From: Ascidiella aspersa | Taxonomy: Eukaryota | DNA length: 64,000 nucleotides | Direction: 5' to 3' | NCBI GenBank assembly: GCA_963924565.1 | Contig: OZ004612.1 | Coordinates: 13,516,001 to 13,580,000 of the forward strand | Shown: positions 27,601 to 42,483 of the stretch, one piece after another | How positions within the stretch are numbered: the stretch's first letter is position 1 | Layout: the number at the start of each line of letters is the position of its first letter | Made by a program: the position numbers and the translations under genes | Notes under the pieces: model-generated | Database searches by the model: none | Seen by the model: the letters and a program-made list of their open reading frames with translations, nothing else | What the model was told of the DNA's origin: nothing

Positions 27601-30600
27601 TGAATGAAACGAGATCGTGTCTCATAAATGGCCGATATTTTGAAAAGGTGTCGTTGCCAGTAATGGCATGAGGTTAACAGGCAACGATGAATAAGGCATT
27701 AGGGCTTTTGTTGTGCGTGACGAGATCTGACTTATTCTTTTACCGCAAACACAACAGCTTTCTATAAAATCAATCACATCGTGGGTCAAGCTAACACGTT
27801 CGTGCATCAACCATTAAACGTAAGACGTACGCGTCGCCGCATATAACCATCTTCGATAAAAATAACGCGCTCAAAAATAAATGAACCTCTGAAAAAAGGG
27901 ACAAACATCGAATAAACATGCGTTAAAAGTAACAAAACGCGTCCAAATTTACCGTCACGGGATTGCGTCTATTTGCGGTGTACGCTCGCTTGGCGCAAAA
28001 ACATGATATTGCAGCATGGTTATGACTGGCCCGGATAAGTTTAGCGTTCTATCCGGGGCCAGGAAACACGTTGCGAAGTTTCCACGGAAGCCGAGCAAAA
28101 ACTGTCGTCACTTTTCGCCGCAATTCGCTTTAGAACCGTGCGTTTTCGCATCTAAACATTTGTATAGGACGCGACTTCCAAATATTTCGTTGAAAGTTGA
28201 AAGGAAGTGTGCGCTTTTCTTCTTCGTGTCGTGCAGTTAGCCGCGTCCGCTTCCGTTTTCGCGTTTTTACAATTAAAAATTTATATTCCTAAATACCCGT
28301 TATTCTAAAATTGCATCGCGCTGCTATTTAAAGCACAAGACGCTACATTTACGTCGCCTGCGTATTGCGTTCCGTGAAGCTACGCATTTACGAATCGTTA
28401 CACACAACAATGAACGGTGGAAAACAATTCGGGGCATCTTAGTTTCATAGGCTTAATTATAGAATATTTGTGTCGGTAATAGTGTTATAATAGTAGTAAA
28501 AACTTTGATGAACTGACGGAAAACCCAATCATTTTACCAAGTCATGCTTCCGCGAAGCAAGTTATGTGGAATAACATGTTTCCATATTGACTTTATATAT
28601 TTATTTTTTTCTATCGATATATTTTCGTGGTATATATGACATTTACTATATTGTCCCTATACTCGATGCTAAATAACCTTAAAGCACACGCGACCCAAGC
28701 GTGCCTCAATGATTTACTCATTTGACCCTTAAAGAACTTAAGACTGCTATAATGGCCTTATAAACTGCAAGTCATAGGCAGAAACAAATTCATGCATTCA
28801 TGACATCCATTTAAGGAAACCGTAGCATAAAGTCGTCAATTATAAAATTAAAGTCGTCGATTATATAACTATTGCAAATACGAATATAACTAAACGGTCA
28901 ATATTTATAGTTTTATTTTCCTAAGTTTGTCGTTAATTTGTTGGTGTTTGTCAAGCGACGAAATTTCATAGTTTTATAAGGTTTTCAAAAGGTTTTAACT
29001 TAGCAACAAGCTTTAATAGCAGCGAAACCCCACTTTCGAAACTTAGTATTTGAAAGTTTCCATTCAAACCAAGTACGCTGCTATACGGTCGGTCGACACC
29101 GATTTACTAGGACAAGCCAATGCCCGACGCGTGCTCGCGCGTGTTTTCATTGCCGCGGAGCTTTAGAGACGTGTTGGCCGATGTATTTCAAGAAAGCCGC
29201 TCACTTGGCGTCCATCTCAACCGTAAGTGAATAACTCTACTCGGGGGAAACCACCAAGGGAAACACCCGCGAGTGCAAGTCCAAACAGGTTTGTTTAGAT
29301 TTAGAGCGGGCTCGCCAAGGTTTTCCCGTAGTCGCCGGTTACTACGAAATCATAACAAAGTTCTACTGATAATTTGAAACAAGACAAAAACAAATTTATA
29401 CAAAATCATTTATACACAGAAAAAAAAACAATTGATAATGTTGACGTATTTGATGTTGTTTTGGGCCTAAAAGTTGGTTTAGGTTGGGTGGTAAATTAGT
29501 CAAAGAACAGCATTTCTCTTAATGATTTAGAGCTATACAATTTTTACATGATTGAAGTGTGATCACGGAATGTATTGAAAGTAATGGGCTACATTATTAC
29601 CACTGTAAGATATCGCTGATTGGATAATATTTTTTAGCCAGCCAGAGCCATAGCACGCCAGTCGAAAATTACAGACTCTTGATTTTGACAAAATTTCACA
29701 AATCGGGGAACATATTGGCAAATAATAAATATTTCTGCTGCTAAAATTTTACACGTCTATCGCATACAAGCATTTGCGAAGTTTCCTTAAATAGATGTTG
29801 TGTCGTTCGATACGTTTTGGCGTAGAATAAAATTTCAATAATATGGAGATCTTGTTTGTGTGTGTGTGAGCGTACAATATAAGTAAGTGATTTCTTTTAT
29901 AATTGGTCAAAAACTACCCAAAGACTCTTGAAAGAATTTGGTAGTGATTCGAATTTAACTACATCGATCGCGCGTCGGTTATATTTTTACTTGTTTAAGA
30001 AGTGTAAAGTAATTTCATTTAGAAAGTGTAAAGTTATCTTGGTGCGTATGCCACCTATGAAGGCAAATACCCGCCCCCACAATTTGCCCTGTCGGTCTTA
30101 CGGAGCAATGCGTTTGCGTGAGTTAAATAACTCCTTTAGTTGCCGATCACGTTTCAACAACCAGTTTTAGACAGATCCAAAATAACAACATCAGCTTTCG
30201 AATTCGAGGAACTCTTTCGCAACCGAGCTGCCTATAGTCGGGTCGACCAATGCGAAAGAGAAATGTGCGAGAATGGCTCGAAAGTTCGCAAACCGTCTAT
30301 CGCCAGACAGCCGCAGGGAATCGCAGATTTTCACGCGACGCTCGAATGCGCTTCAATGTTGCTAATGGTAGCCCTAGTGCAGGAAGGCGATTTTGGCAAC
30401 AAACGATTTGCAGCAGCCTTTCGTCGCGAGTGCCAACACAACCTAATCGATTTTGTTTCTTTTGTGCAAGAAATATCGTTTTGGGTGATAAGTTGTAGGC
30501 CACGGTCACGTCTCTTTAAAAAATGTCGTGGTGCAGTATACATTAAAAGCGCGTAGACCTTTTGCACACTTGAAACAACTTAAATTTATGTTGATTAATC

Positions 30601-33313
30601 TGAACATACAAGAAAGCTGCTTCAAGTTATTAGGTTGGAACTTGCAATGGCAAAATTGCAACCAAAAACAGACTCCAGGTCATACATTTTTCTGAGCGTC
30701 ACTATATAATCTACGTGTGTGAAACACGTACACATTGGAAGATTCGGTATATTCAGACATGCTTGACTAATTGAGCATTAGGTTGTAGCAACGTTTCGTG
30801 CTACAAACAGATTAACTTCCTTTGTCCTTTTTTACTTCAGAATGTTGCACCTTGAAACGTTATGTCCCCTACGTTGATTTAGATTTTTAAGTATTGCATA
30901 AAGGTGTGCATACCACTTTTCTTTAAACGATCTTGTAAAATTATTTCTAATCTACGTCTTAAAACCAATAAATTTTTTTTACCTTTGGTTAAAAACTGTA
31001 TATGCGAAATAACTTATTAGCTGAAATAAAGTGACTTATATACAAGCCAACGTGTACGACAACTCGCAAATGCATTTTCAAGAATTTTTAAGCGGACGTT
31101 TTACAAATCCTGCTTGTGGTGACAACCGGTTTAGTAGATGTTCGTAAAGAGCCAAGACCGTTGTTGGTTAAATGAGTAATAGTGAATGGTTCAACCGCCA
31201 GGGCGTTTGTCTTTTGGCTGCAGCGTACTTTGACGCATTGGGAATTTTTTTTCTCGACAAATCGATACAAGTCACCGAATGACGGAGTAAACATCACTTA
31301 AATCACGGCGTTTGTACGGCTGCCAAACCGAGCGAGACACATTATGCAGGGGGTCCTTGCCGTTTGTCCCCCGCGAAAGCAGACGTAAAGGCACTAATCA
31401 AATAAGCGACTATGCGTCGAGATCCCAAATTTGCGAATCTTTACACCCGAAATTGCCAAATTAATGAAAAACGCGCTTGCCAAACTTTCCATTATTTTTC
31501 CAAGTCAGGCGCGCTAACTAATCTGTGCCTCGCATTTCCACAGCCGATTTTCTAGCGGATGTCTGGACGTTTTTCGTCCGCTGCCAGCAGACAACCGGGC
31601 CATTAAACATTGTTTTGCTTGGTCACCGGCTCGCAATCATGCCGATGATGATAAAATGCTCGCAGTTTATGTTGGCAGCTTCGCTTGTAGACTACTTTTG
31701 CGCAGTTGCGGCCTGCAGTGATGTCACGTGGCCCCACACAATCTGACCTGATTTAAAAATACCGAAACAAACGCAAAACTAGCCAACGTCAAGCGTGGGC
31801 AGCTGATCTGTAATTAGGCTGTCTGATGCCGCAGACAAAGGCTTATCGACCAATCAAAAGATTTGTGGCAAAGTTCAAGGTGATAGGCGAGAAGATGTGT
31901 CTTTGACCTTTGTGCGTGGGCAACCGATTCTTTTTGATATTGTCATTTGGGATCACTCATTTTTTAATAAACCTCTAAGAAAAATCAGTTTTTCGGAGAA
32001 TAGGTCCTCGCACGTGTTTACAACAGACGGACCAACGGATTCATTCACAAATCCGACCGGCAGTCTGTCCCTTGTGCGTTTCGGCACGTTTCTGTCACTA
32101 TCTGATTCATCTTTGCAGAAAGGAGAATGTAAAGAAACGAAATTCGAACGCTCTCGATTTGGATGTTTTCAAGCTCGCCAACAGACCTACATAAATTAAT
32201 CCATATTGGCAAACCAGGGCATTTAGAAAATTGATTAGGTGGCTTGTTGTGGACTATACCTGTTGATATACAACGGCTTGCACATTGCACCTGGTACGTT
32301 ATTGTATAATATCGCGTGAATGAAAACGAAACTGTCCTGTTTTGGATTCGCTAGAAAAGATACCAAACCAAGAGTTTATCAATTGGTTGTTTGGCTTAGT
32401 GGTTCTTATTCTTCCGTAAAAGACACCATATTTTTGTTTTTAAACAATATCAGGCCGAGTGACTCTGTTGACTTATACAATTTGTCAACCGTGCCACTTG
32501 TTTTTAGTACATTGAAGAATACATTATTGCTCTGTCATTACAAAAAGTTCCATGCCCACCAAAATGATGACAGGTACCACCTGTGGGGCGCACTGGTTTA
32601 AATTGTGGGCTGTTTTTTTGCAAAATCTTTTGTACATTTTGTAGTTTTACGTCAAATGGCCGCCATACTACTGTGTTAGAATATGAGCATAACCCCGTCG
32701 ATTGCTGTAAGCTTTAAAAATAGTCAACATCGGCAACGCAATGTCGAACTAACTCACCAGCGCTTGAACCAGAGTTGCCTTGCAATCATTCAGAGGTCAA
32801 ACACCAAATCCTATTTAACTTTAAATGAGCGGGTCATTGTAACTGTTTGAGAACGCCGTCATTTGCTAAACGATTCTTTAACGATCAGCGTGCCGCAAAT
32901 GGCAAAAATGAGGATTATTTGAAAATATTCCAATTTCCAACAGGCGATTTTAAATTTCCCGTGTAATTTCCGTTGCTAACTTTCATTTCAAAAATGCTGA
33001 TCGACGAGTCACGTGTGTGTTGCCGCTTTTGCGCTGATGTTGCAATTCGACGAGCGGTTTGTCACGATTCAACGCAGCTTAAACGACAATTGCAAATTAA
33101 AAACATAATTAAAATAAAAATTTCAAGTATTTTTTTCGCATAAAGTGCGTGAAATTTCGATTAGCGATAAGCCAAGGACTTAGTCATATTGTATGACAGT
33201 ATATGGCTATAAAAATAATCTCCGGACAACGATTAAACAAGGCAATCAATGGATCTCAAAATCAAAACGACGTGCGAGGTTCAACATATATAACTGAACT
33301 AATTGAAACAATG

Positions 33314-33483
33314 TAGCTCGATAATGAATTTCAAAGCCAAAAAGGTAGATCGACATCTTGATTAAGCCGTTTCGATACGACTTAAACTTATATAACATTA
33401 ACTGAAGTTCGTATCGAAACTTCTTAATCGAGATGATGTCAATCTACTCGACCTTATTGACTTTGGAATTCTTCATCAAGCTA
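33314..33483. mobile_element. Foldback/hairpin MITE of about 170 bp (possibly Mutator-like)
   Basis: Imperfect inverted arms of ~70-78 bp (TAGCTCGATAATGAATTTCAAAG...TTTCGATACGA versus its reverse complement) around a short AT loop, flanked by the direct repeat ATTGAAACAA. Confidence 0.7.
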
Positions 33484-36400
33484 ATTGAAACAAATAAATG
33501 AAAAGATATGCCATTTGAACAGGGTTATTCAGCCAGTTGTACTGTATTTAATGGTCGGGCAATAAAGTCATATTCTAATTAGAATAAATTGGGATATTGT
33601 TTGAAAATAGTTCTGTAAGATGGGTCTTTTGAGAAGTATCATTATACTGGAAATGGCTTCGTTTATCTCGTAAAGTTAGTGGGGATTTCGAGGAATATAT
33701 TGCCATATGGAAAATAACAATAAGCAGAAATCTCTCCCGCTTAAACAACGAAAAGGTTAAGTAGGAATATTCCCCGATTATCTTAATCCGGAACAGAGAA
33801 ATCGTTTATTGAAAGAAAACCCCGTGTTTGTTATTCCCGGGTTAAAAGGTCTGATTTGTTATAGGCTCCGCGCTACCGCCTTATAAGCATAGATGTGTAC
33901 AAACAAATGCAAAATAAAACACATTCGATTTAGACATTTCACATAATGTTGCTATTCGCGGTTGCGACAATGCAACCAATAATGTGAAACTGTGCTGATC
34001 CAACTTGTTATCACTGTAGTAGAAGGTTAGGCGTAAATCTACTTAATACTGGTGGATCATTGCAATATCGATATTTTCACGAGGGCGCAACCCCGATTAG
34101 ATGTTAAAAACTAGGGGTGGCTAAGTGCATTTAAGCTCGGTTAACTGAAAACACCGGTAAATCCCGTCCGTTGACTTTTTTTCTCTGGGGCTCAAATATC
34201 GAATTAAAATTTTCCTCCAACTTACAGGACTTGTGCGACAATCACTGATTGTTAGCTAAAATACTCTCCGTGAGGGTTTATGTTGGTAAAAAATTAGCGG
34301 GTTGATAGCATTCTAACATATAAGATTTCAAGCTTTTTAGCTGAAGTTACTCACAAAACCTTGCACAATAAGTAAAGGTTTACTTATACAAAAAGGTTCG
34401 ACTGCAGACGTTGGATTGCTAGTCGGGCATATTGGGTGATAACAACAAATACATTTGCCAAATATGGTGCACAGACATTTCCTCGAATATTGGTTATTTT
34501 TGGACAGTTTCCGACAAGAGTCGTCCTTAATTACTCCCCAACGCCCAATCGCTGTCACGACAAATTACCAGCCGCGTCGACGTTCTCTGCAAGCGCCATT
34601 GAAAAAAAGAGCAGTGATATAGAGCTGCACGTGATCTAAGTTGGAATGACAATCCATAATATTGGCTGAGATTTGAAGATTGGACAATGGCGTATTTGCC
34701 TGGTCGTGAAAAAGGCAACGGGTTGTGCAGAAATACACGTAGTATGCTAAACGTTGTTGGAACATCGCTGTGACACTATAGCCATTTCCCCCACCGATTA
34801 AGCTCCCTAACAGGCACACGCATTAAGAGATTGTTACTAATTCAGATGGAGAAGTTATATAAGCGTGTGACTGTTTGTTTTTCAGTGACAAAAAAGAAAC
34901 AAAAGACAGCATTTACTCGCGCCTGCAATATGCTTTGCTTCATATTTTCCTAGAAACTGAAGTCTTAATTTCTCGACTGACACTATTTCAACTAAAAGCC
35001 AAAACTATAAAAGGGTATTTACTAAACCATATTCGCGTCTGAATTGTTAGTGGAACTCACCCTACAAAATCAAGTAAACTTTTTTGCTGGAGTTTATACA
35101 CTTTAATAAAAACAAAAAACTAAATATAGACGAATCTATCACTATATATAGAAATATAGTATTAAAATACCGGATGCACCCCCAAGGATTTGTTTGTACA
35201 CGGCGTACTTGTGCAAGCGATGGATGGTTGTTGAAGTTATTTTTAAACCCTGCAGTGAACACAGCCATTTATATATGGTTTTACTAAAGTGGAATCGGTG
35301 CAGTAAAACTCTGACATCTTGTGTTTTACAGCCACACCCCCGTTTCGGTTGCATAACTGTACTACAGTTTCAATCCAAACCTTTGAGCTTGGATCGTAAT
35401 ATAAACTATATTGCTGGTAACCAGAAATAAAAGGTTACTGTGCATTCTGGGGTGATTCGAAATTTTACAGTAGCTATAGTTTGCACGGATTTTATTGATG
35501 TACTCTCAACCCCGTCATCAAAATATTTGAATGTTAGGTGTCTAGTCTAGACAATTGTGCGAATATTTCAGCCAATCTGATCTACAGCAGTGAAACAACA
35601 CAAGCGGTAAAACAAGTCGTAGGACATATTGTGCGCAGAAGTAAATTAGCTTCAACCATATACAATGCGGGCTATGTTTCGAGCATTGTTTGGACTTTCA
35701 ACTTAGCAAATCGATTAATACAACTCTAAAAATTGCAATGCGTTAAAATCGGTACAACAGGAAAGCTTTCCCGCAAAACAATCAATAGACTTTTCTTTCT
35801 TGATTCGAAAGGACATTCCACGGAAATCGCACTGACCAATCCATCCTAAACCATATCCAGATAGGTTTAATTAAAAAAGGAGTACAAAACGAATAATTAC
35901 GTTATTAAAATATGAACAAATGACAAAACAAATTTGGCAGTCAATCTGTTATTGACCTAAACAAAATGATGCATTACAGCGCTGTTTCGTAATCCAAATC
36001 AAATCACTCGATTGCGTGAGCTTTGCTTTTCCAATCGACTGCGATCGGCGACATCCGGCCTTAAAACAACTTCTCGGGATTTTCCGCGCTGTGACGAAAC
36101 GACACGATGACATCATCAACTCGAGTATTCGCGTCAATGTTTGGACACAAACATTGTTTCGGTTTTGAAATTGCTCGCAGAAAAAGATTCCCGATGCGGG
36201 ACAACGGCGGGTGCATTCATTGTTCGACATGAAACCACTCGGAAGTGATGGGTCGTTGAGCAAACGTATTTGACCGCTCGGTGATTTCATTCGTCCTTAA
36301 AAGCGTCGATAAACAGCGAGGGCAGCTAGGCCACGTGATTCGCTGCACGGCCCGCCAGCGATCCCGTCGTCCCTACACGTGACTTGCTTTTCTCCTCTGA

Positions 36401-37180
36401 ACTAAATGGCGGAATGGCGCTTGGATACACCGCGTGTTGATAACGTAGCCGTGGCTACTGCGGCATGTTAAGTGAGTCGATGCGTCGACATTGTTAAGAG
36501 CCTGGTATGTGATTCATCATTCGTAGCGTAGCAGGTTAATGCCAGATCTTTGCCAAGAGCCCCTGGTTCTCTTCCGCAACGGCCGCTGTCAGTTTGCGAA
36601 AAAGCCTGTTTAGATGGCTGTGTTTGTTTTGCGGGCCCGTACGTAGTGCAACGGGAAAAATGCATAAACACATGTAGCGTGACCAATGACACCCCAACAT
36701 ACCTTTGACGTCAGAACGCGGATGCACCTGAAAGCACAAAAACAACAAGCAAACAGGTGCTAACAAGAAACGGCAACGGCAAATGTTGCGTCACCTTGCA
36801 TTAAACCCTTTAATTAGCACTTAAAACCGTTATAGCAATTAGCACTTAGCAGTTCCTAAGCATTTTTAAAGAACTCGATCGAAGACCCCCTGTAGCCATT
36901 CCTTTTTTTGTGATTTAACGGACCCATTATGACGTTCAATAAGATGGATTCACTTTGCTCTCGCTTTAGCTTATTTTTTACTTTTGGGTTTAGTTTGTAG
37001 AACAAAAATACATATATTTTGGCAGACTTGGGGAAAATTCTTTGCTGACAGCACTTCCACTGATCCAGAGAATAATAAACCGTCATTCTGGACTCGTAAG
37101 CTCCGTTAACTTGCCAATCCGTTACTGGGTACTATATTTACGACACTAACACAACTTGTGTCACATGTTGGTGACACACT

Positions 37181-37224
37181 TACATATCGGATATCGGTAT
37201 TATACATATCGGATATCGGTGTTA
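37181..37224. repeat. Short tandem duplication, 22-bp period
   Basis: TACATATCGGATATCGGT(A/G)TTA occurs twice. Confidence 0.8.
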
Positions 37225-40200
37225 CTTTCCCATGAAAATGGACCGAAATTCCGATAATATCCAGGATTTCGCACGGCCGTGTGATTCCGGGAGGCCACGT
37301 GTTTTCTTGTTTCGTAAACAGGGACCTGATATTTTTATTTTGCGTTTTCGCGCCTCTTTGACACTGCGCATAAAGCGCGAACTCGTACAGGAGGGCTATT
37401 AGTCATAATATCGGGTTGCCGAATATCACCTGAAATAGGACAAGAAACGACAAAACGTTCGTGAACTATCACGACTTGACCTGCAAAGTTTTTTAGCTCG
37501 AAAGCGCGGTATTATTTTTTTTTTAAGTCTTGTTCGTAGAATTATTTATTGCGCAATCGCGTACATTTATCTCATAAGAACAGTTACTGTTGATTAAAGG
37601 CTTTGTAGCCAAGCATGGTGGTGCGTCCCTGACAATCGACGTGGTTAGGTTTTTACCCAGATTTTAAGAATTTGTGCGATCGAAAACTGGCATTTGATGT
37701 AAGGTTTATTATAGCAGAATATATTTTCTTATGTTCATAAACTTTATGATTTACAGAAAAACATCGTTAGATTTTAGCAGTAAAACAACTGAATATACAT
37801 TTTTGCCAAACATACCCCTAAAACCGAGTATTGCTCATCCAACAGTTGTATTATAAACAATCGACGTTTCGACGTTCATTATTATGTTTTAGGGCGTATT
37901 TACCTAAAACATAATCATTAAAAAATATCACTCTTATACATTTTTTACATCCCAAAACCAGACATTTTAGGCAAACCGTGGTTGTTACCATTAACGTGAT
38001 TAGCCTATTGGTTTGACTATAAAGCTCAGTGATATTTTCCATTTTTATGCAAAAAATCAGAAGAATTGAAGAATTAGTTATCATGGATTAATTATTGTTA
38101 TTGGTTCAACATTGATTTTACAATATCTTTGGTTTTCAAATATGTACTTTTTTCTAGTAAAAACTCCGTTTCGATGTCTCATCGATAAATCATCCTGAAC
38201 ACTTAAGTATTTAAAAAATCGTAGAAATACATTCAAAAGTTTTAGGTGAAAATCAATTAGTTTTTTTTCTTTTCTATAATTTTTTCTGCATTTCTAAAAG
38301 AATTGTGTTGATTCCTCAGCTATCCGAGTAACACAGGTGACGTAAGTTTTAAATATATATAAAAATTTAGGTCAAAATATAGCGTGGGAATTTTAGCCTC
38401 AGGCAATCTTCACGTCCATTATCATGTTTTGGCTGGACTTTTTGTGTGCACGAACAAATCGAAACTTTTTATTTTTTATACGAGATATAAATACCTAAGA
38501 GCAGTCACGTTAGAAAAGCGTTAAGAAGTGTTACATTTTTCAAAAGTCTTTGAGGTTAAAAATAGTACGCTTTTACCTATAGTGTGCCTAAAGAGTAATT
38601 TTTTATGCTTCTTCAAAAAGGTCTCGACCAGGTCTTAATCTAATGTTAACATTCCTCTGTAAACATAACTGTAACGTAGATAGAACTTCCTTTAAACACA
38701 ACAAGTAGCCCAAAGTCAGGGATAATTTTTTTACTAGAAATATATTTATGTACTGGAAAATCGCTCAACTAGTCCAATTTGATTACGGTCTTTTGGTAAA
38801 AAAAAATTTAGTATCAGATTTTTCAAAAATATCCCCTTCAAATATTGTAAAAAATGAAAGTGTCCAATGCCTTAATGTATTTAAACTTAATTTGTCTTAA
38901 AAACTAGTCAAGAGGTGACCCATTCGTTTGGTTAAATCGTATTTAGTAAAACATTTTTTCACTTTTCTATTTGTAAAGTGCCTTACTAGAACTAATTTAA
39001 AACTTTGTTCAAACATATAATTACATTAAAGTCAAAATAAAGAGTTGACCTGGTTTATATGGGTCGTTTAAAAAAAACTTATTTATCCAAGGCGTTTTGC
39101 TATAATTGGTTACCTAAACTTCGGTCTATCAACAAAAGGGCACGTTTCATAAATAATATAAGAAAAATGATTTGATAAACCACAGGCTAAAAATTTTACC
39201 AGCTTTGACTGCACGCAAAAATTCATAAAACTATTTATCGGTATTTTGCCGGAGGGTTTAAATCTTAGCAGGCACCAAAATTCTCATTGGCTCTTGGCAA
39301 CAATGTTGGTCAGTAAACAATCCGGCAACAATAGCATGTTGTGCGCAAAACATCTTTAGCTATTTTCATGACGACTATAAGCATTGTAACTTTCCCACAA
39401 CGGCAGTTTTCTTACATGATTTAAAATCTAAATCAATCGTCCGAAAATCAAAAATCCCAATCGACCGTATCTAGCAGCGATGTCAACAAAAAAAAATGAT
39501 GCATTTTGAGAAAAAGATTTTAGATTCGCTGAACCAATAAATTTTGTTAATCGTTAAAACAAGTTTGAACATTGCCAACATTGAGTTTTATAGTTTGTGA
39601 TTAAAACATCTTCGCTAATTGTCCAATTTTAAAAGCGACAAGTCGATGACCTTTGAGAAAGAAATTCACTTTCCCTCTTAGACTTAAAAAATATTTTTAC
39701 TCAATTTGGGATTTGTTTTGCTGTGATGGCAATAAATGAAAAAAATATACTTTTAAGTGCTAAATAAATCAATACCATTGCTTGGTTGCTTTATCACTTG
39801 TTAGTCAGCACGGCGTTTATTTTGTGTTAACAACGATGGAAATACACCGTCTCCACCACTGTTGTCTTAGGAAATATGTGCCCTATGCTAACAACTGGTT
39901 CACTCACTTATCCATTGTTGGCGGTTAACTTATTGTTAATACGGGTATAATTAGATCTACACTAGGCAAGTTAGCCAGGAACCTGTTCTGCATTTTTTAG
40001 GAAGAGGTTCGCGCTAATCGGTTCGAACCAGTTTAAACCGATTGAATCCCATCATTTGTGGTGACCCCTTATTAACGGTTAGATTTTAACTTTTCTTCGC
40101 TGCCAAACAGTTAGGAGTCTAAAGTACAGTGCCCAATTTAATTTGCACTTTTTCAATTCTTATATTTAAATGCAAATCAAGATGTGTCAAAATTAAATTT

Positions 40201-42122
40201 ACGCCCGACCGATAGACTTGCATGATGTTTTCAAACGATTCTAATGTAGGCTACATAAACCGGTTTACCGTTAAGGCTGTTTACTGGAAACACCTTTCGA
40301 ACAGAATTTTACCGCGTTTACTTATGCGCTAAACCGACCGGAAAGTAAACACGAGATGATTCAAACCGTCCAAAGTCACTGTTTATTTAAATTAAAATAC
40401 TGTGTGTTGCTGTTGCGGCAATTTCCCTGGATACTGGGAATTGGTCAAAGAGGCCACAGAAAATTTCCACCAATGGCACTTGGATTTGTATTTCGAGGAA
40501 ATACCTTGCTAAAGGAAAAACAACTCCTAAATTACATTTGTGAAAGGAAAACAACAGCAAACGAAAGGTATTGGTCAGCAGATGATGGGAATATGTGTTT
40601 TGCGATCTTGAGCAGACTCCCGCCCCTAAAACGTGGTCTAGTTTTAACGTTGCGTTTCGGTCTGCTGTGAATAAATTTGCATTTAAATTGTCCTCGTTTG
40701 TAGTTTTTGTCGGTTTTAGGCATTTCTCGACCAAATTTGGAATGTTTTAGCGGAAACGGAACGTAATACAAACAACATAACGTTTTACTTAAATTGACAA
40801 TAAGGGACCGAAAAAAGGAGATATTAAACGTCATTTGTTAACAAGTAACGCTTTAAGGGAAAAAGTCTTTGAAAGGACCGCAGTTCCTGTCAAACTCACA
40901 TGCGTTATTAAAAAAATTCTTGAACATTCGAAAAAAACGTTTTCTAAGACGTTTCCGAAACGCGATTGACGTTAACCGCCAGCCAGTGTTTACTCCGACT
41001 ATATACGCCCTGTCCAAGAAACAGAAAGCACATTTCGGGTTACCTGTGCGTCAATGTATTAGAAATATTGATCTTGGTATGTTTGCTGAATACACAGCGT
41101 TAGTGACAAGACGAGAGAGTTTATCACAACCTTGATAGCCGAACACCGGTGGAAACCGAATACTGATTACGTGCGCCAACGCCTGACGTGTGTTACGACA
41201 AAGCGCGTGAAACAACGCGACGTGATAAAAAGCGGCGCATCGATTAAATTGATAGCTTTGTTTCGTTTACCTTATGCCAAACGGAATGCAATATACAACA
41301 CTGTCCACTTCGTAAGCATTTCACTTACTTCCTAATTTCGTCAAATGTCATTTCGCATTGTTTTTTTTTTTAATTTATCTTGATTTTACAGAAATTTAGT
41401 GTGAGACACACGTTTAAAATGGATGAAAAATTAACATTTGGAATTAGTCAATTCGGAACGTTTTTCAAACCAAACTTTAACACTCTAATTCTGTTCATAG
41501 ATGTTTTGTAAAGTTTGTTTCCCGCTTTGTTCTTTATCAGGTTGTTTAGGGTAACCGTTAAAGTATATCGTAGCAAAGTTGAAACACGACATGTACAAAA
41601 TAAAAATCCCAGTCGTGATTTGATGGGTACAGTCAGGGTTACCATCTGTTTAGAACAAAAAACAAGCTCGCTGATCGGTGATTACGTAGCATAGTTTGCC
41701 TCCAGTAATTATTATTAAATGCAAGCTTTTACGTAATTTTTGTGAGCGAGATTCTTCGGTAAAAACTTTTAAACTGTCCAAGTTGTGCTCAGTAATTATA
41801 TTATCAAGATAAATAGTTAAAAACACTCTGATAGAAATAAAATTAAGATATATTAAGCTCAAAACCCCAAAATAAACTTGATTGTCAGAAGCACCGTAGC
41901 CGTAGTATTATCTAAGATGTTGCACTAAAACACAATTCTGGAAAATACCGTTAGTACAGAATTGGTATTCGTGGGTATAATAATGTTTATCAATATATAC
42001 GAAATATATGCAAAGCTACAGAGCCTTACATTTTGCATTGTATTTTTATCTTAACGGCAATGTTACGTGGCTAATAAGTTGTATATACTGCGTTTTACTT
42101 TTGGACCTACAATTGCATAACG

Positions 42123-42483
42123 CAGTGCTTTTCAAACTTTAAAATTTCCATCCGCACTTTTTTATTTCGGAAATTTGCATTCGCACGAAACAAGCATAAG
42201 AAGTTTGCAACCTTTAGTTTTAATTGTGAAATACCAATGAAAGGGTTTGTGTATCAAAACCGTGTGTCTAATAAGCCTTGACCGATATAAAATAGATAGC
42301 TTAAGCTGCAATGAACCACAACGAGACCATATTACTGTACCTGTAACGCATAAATGGCCGCACCAGCTTATTTGATTACTGTATAACACATAATACACAT
42401 TTATCCGCACGACGTTAGTCGTCCGCATTACAATTTTTTTATCCGCACAAGTGCGTATTCATCCAACGGGTTGAAAAGCACTG
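42123..42483. mobile_element. hAT-type MITE, 361 bp
   Basis: Perfect 13-bp TIR CAGTGCTTTTCAA / TTGAAAAGCACTG, 8-bp TSD GCATAACG / ACATAACG, and repeated subterminal TCCGCA motifs. Confidence 0.88.

Noticed and set aside
28028-28060. Small GC hairpin GGCCCGGATA...TATCCGGGGCC
   Set aside because: No Helitron CTRR end or other context; likely chance.
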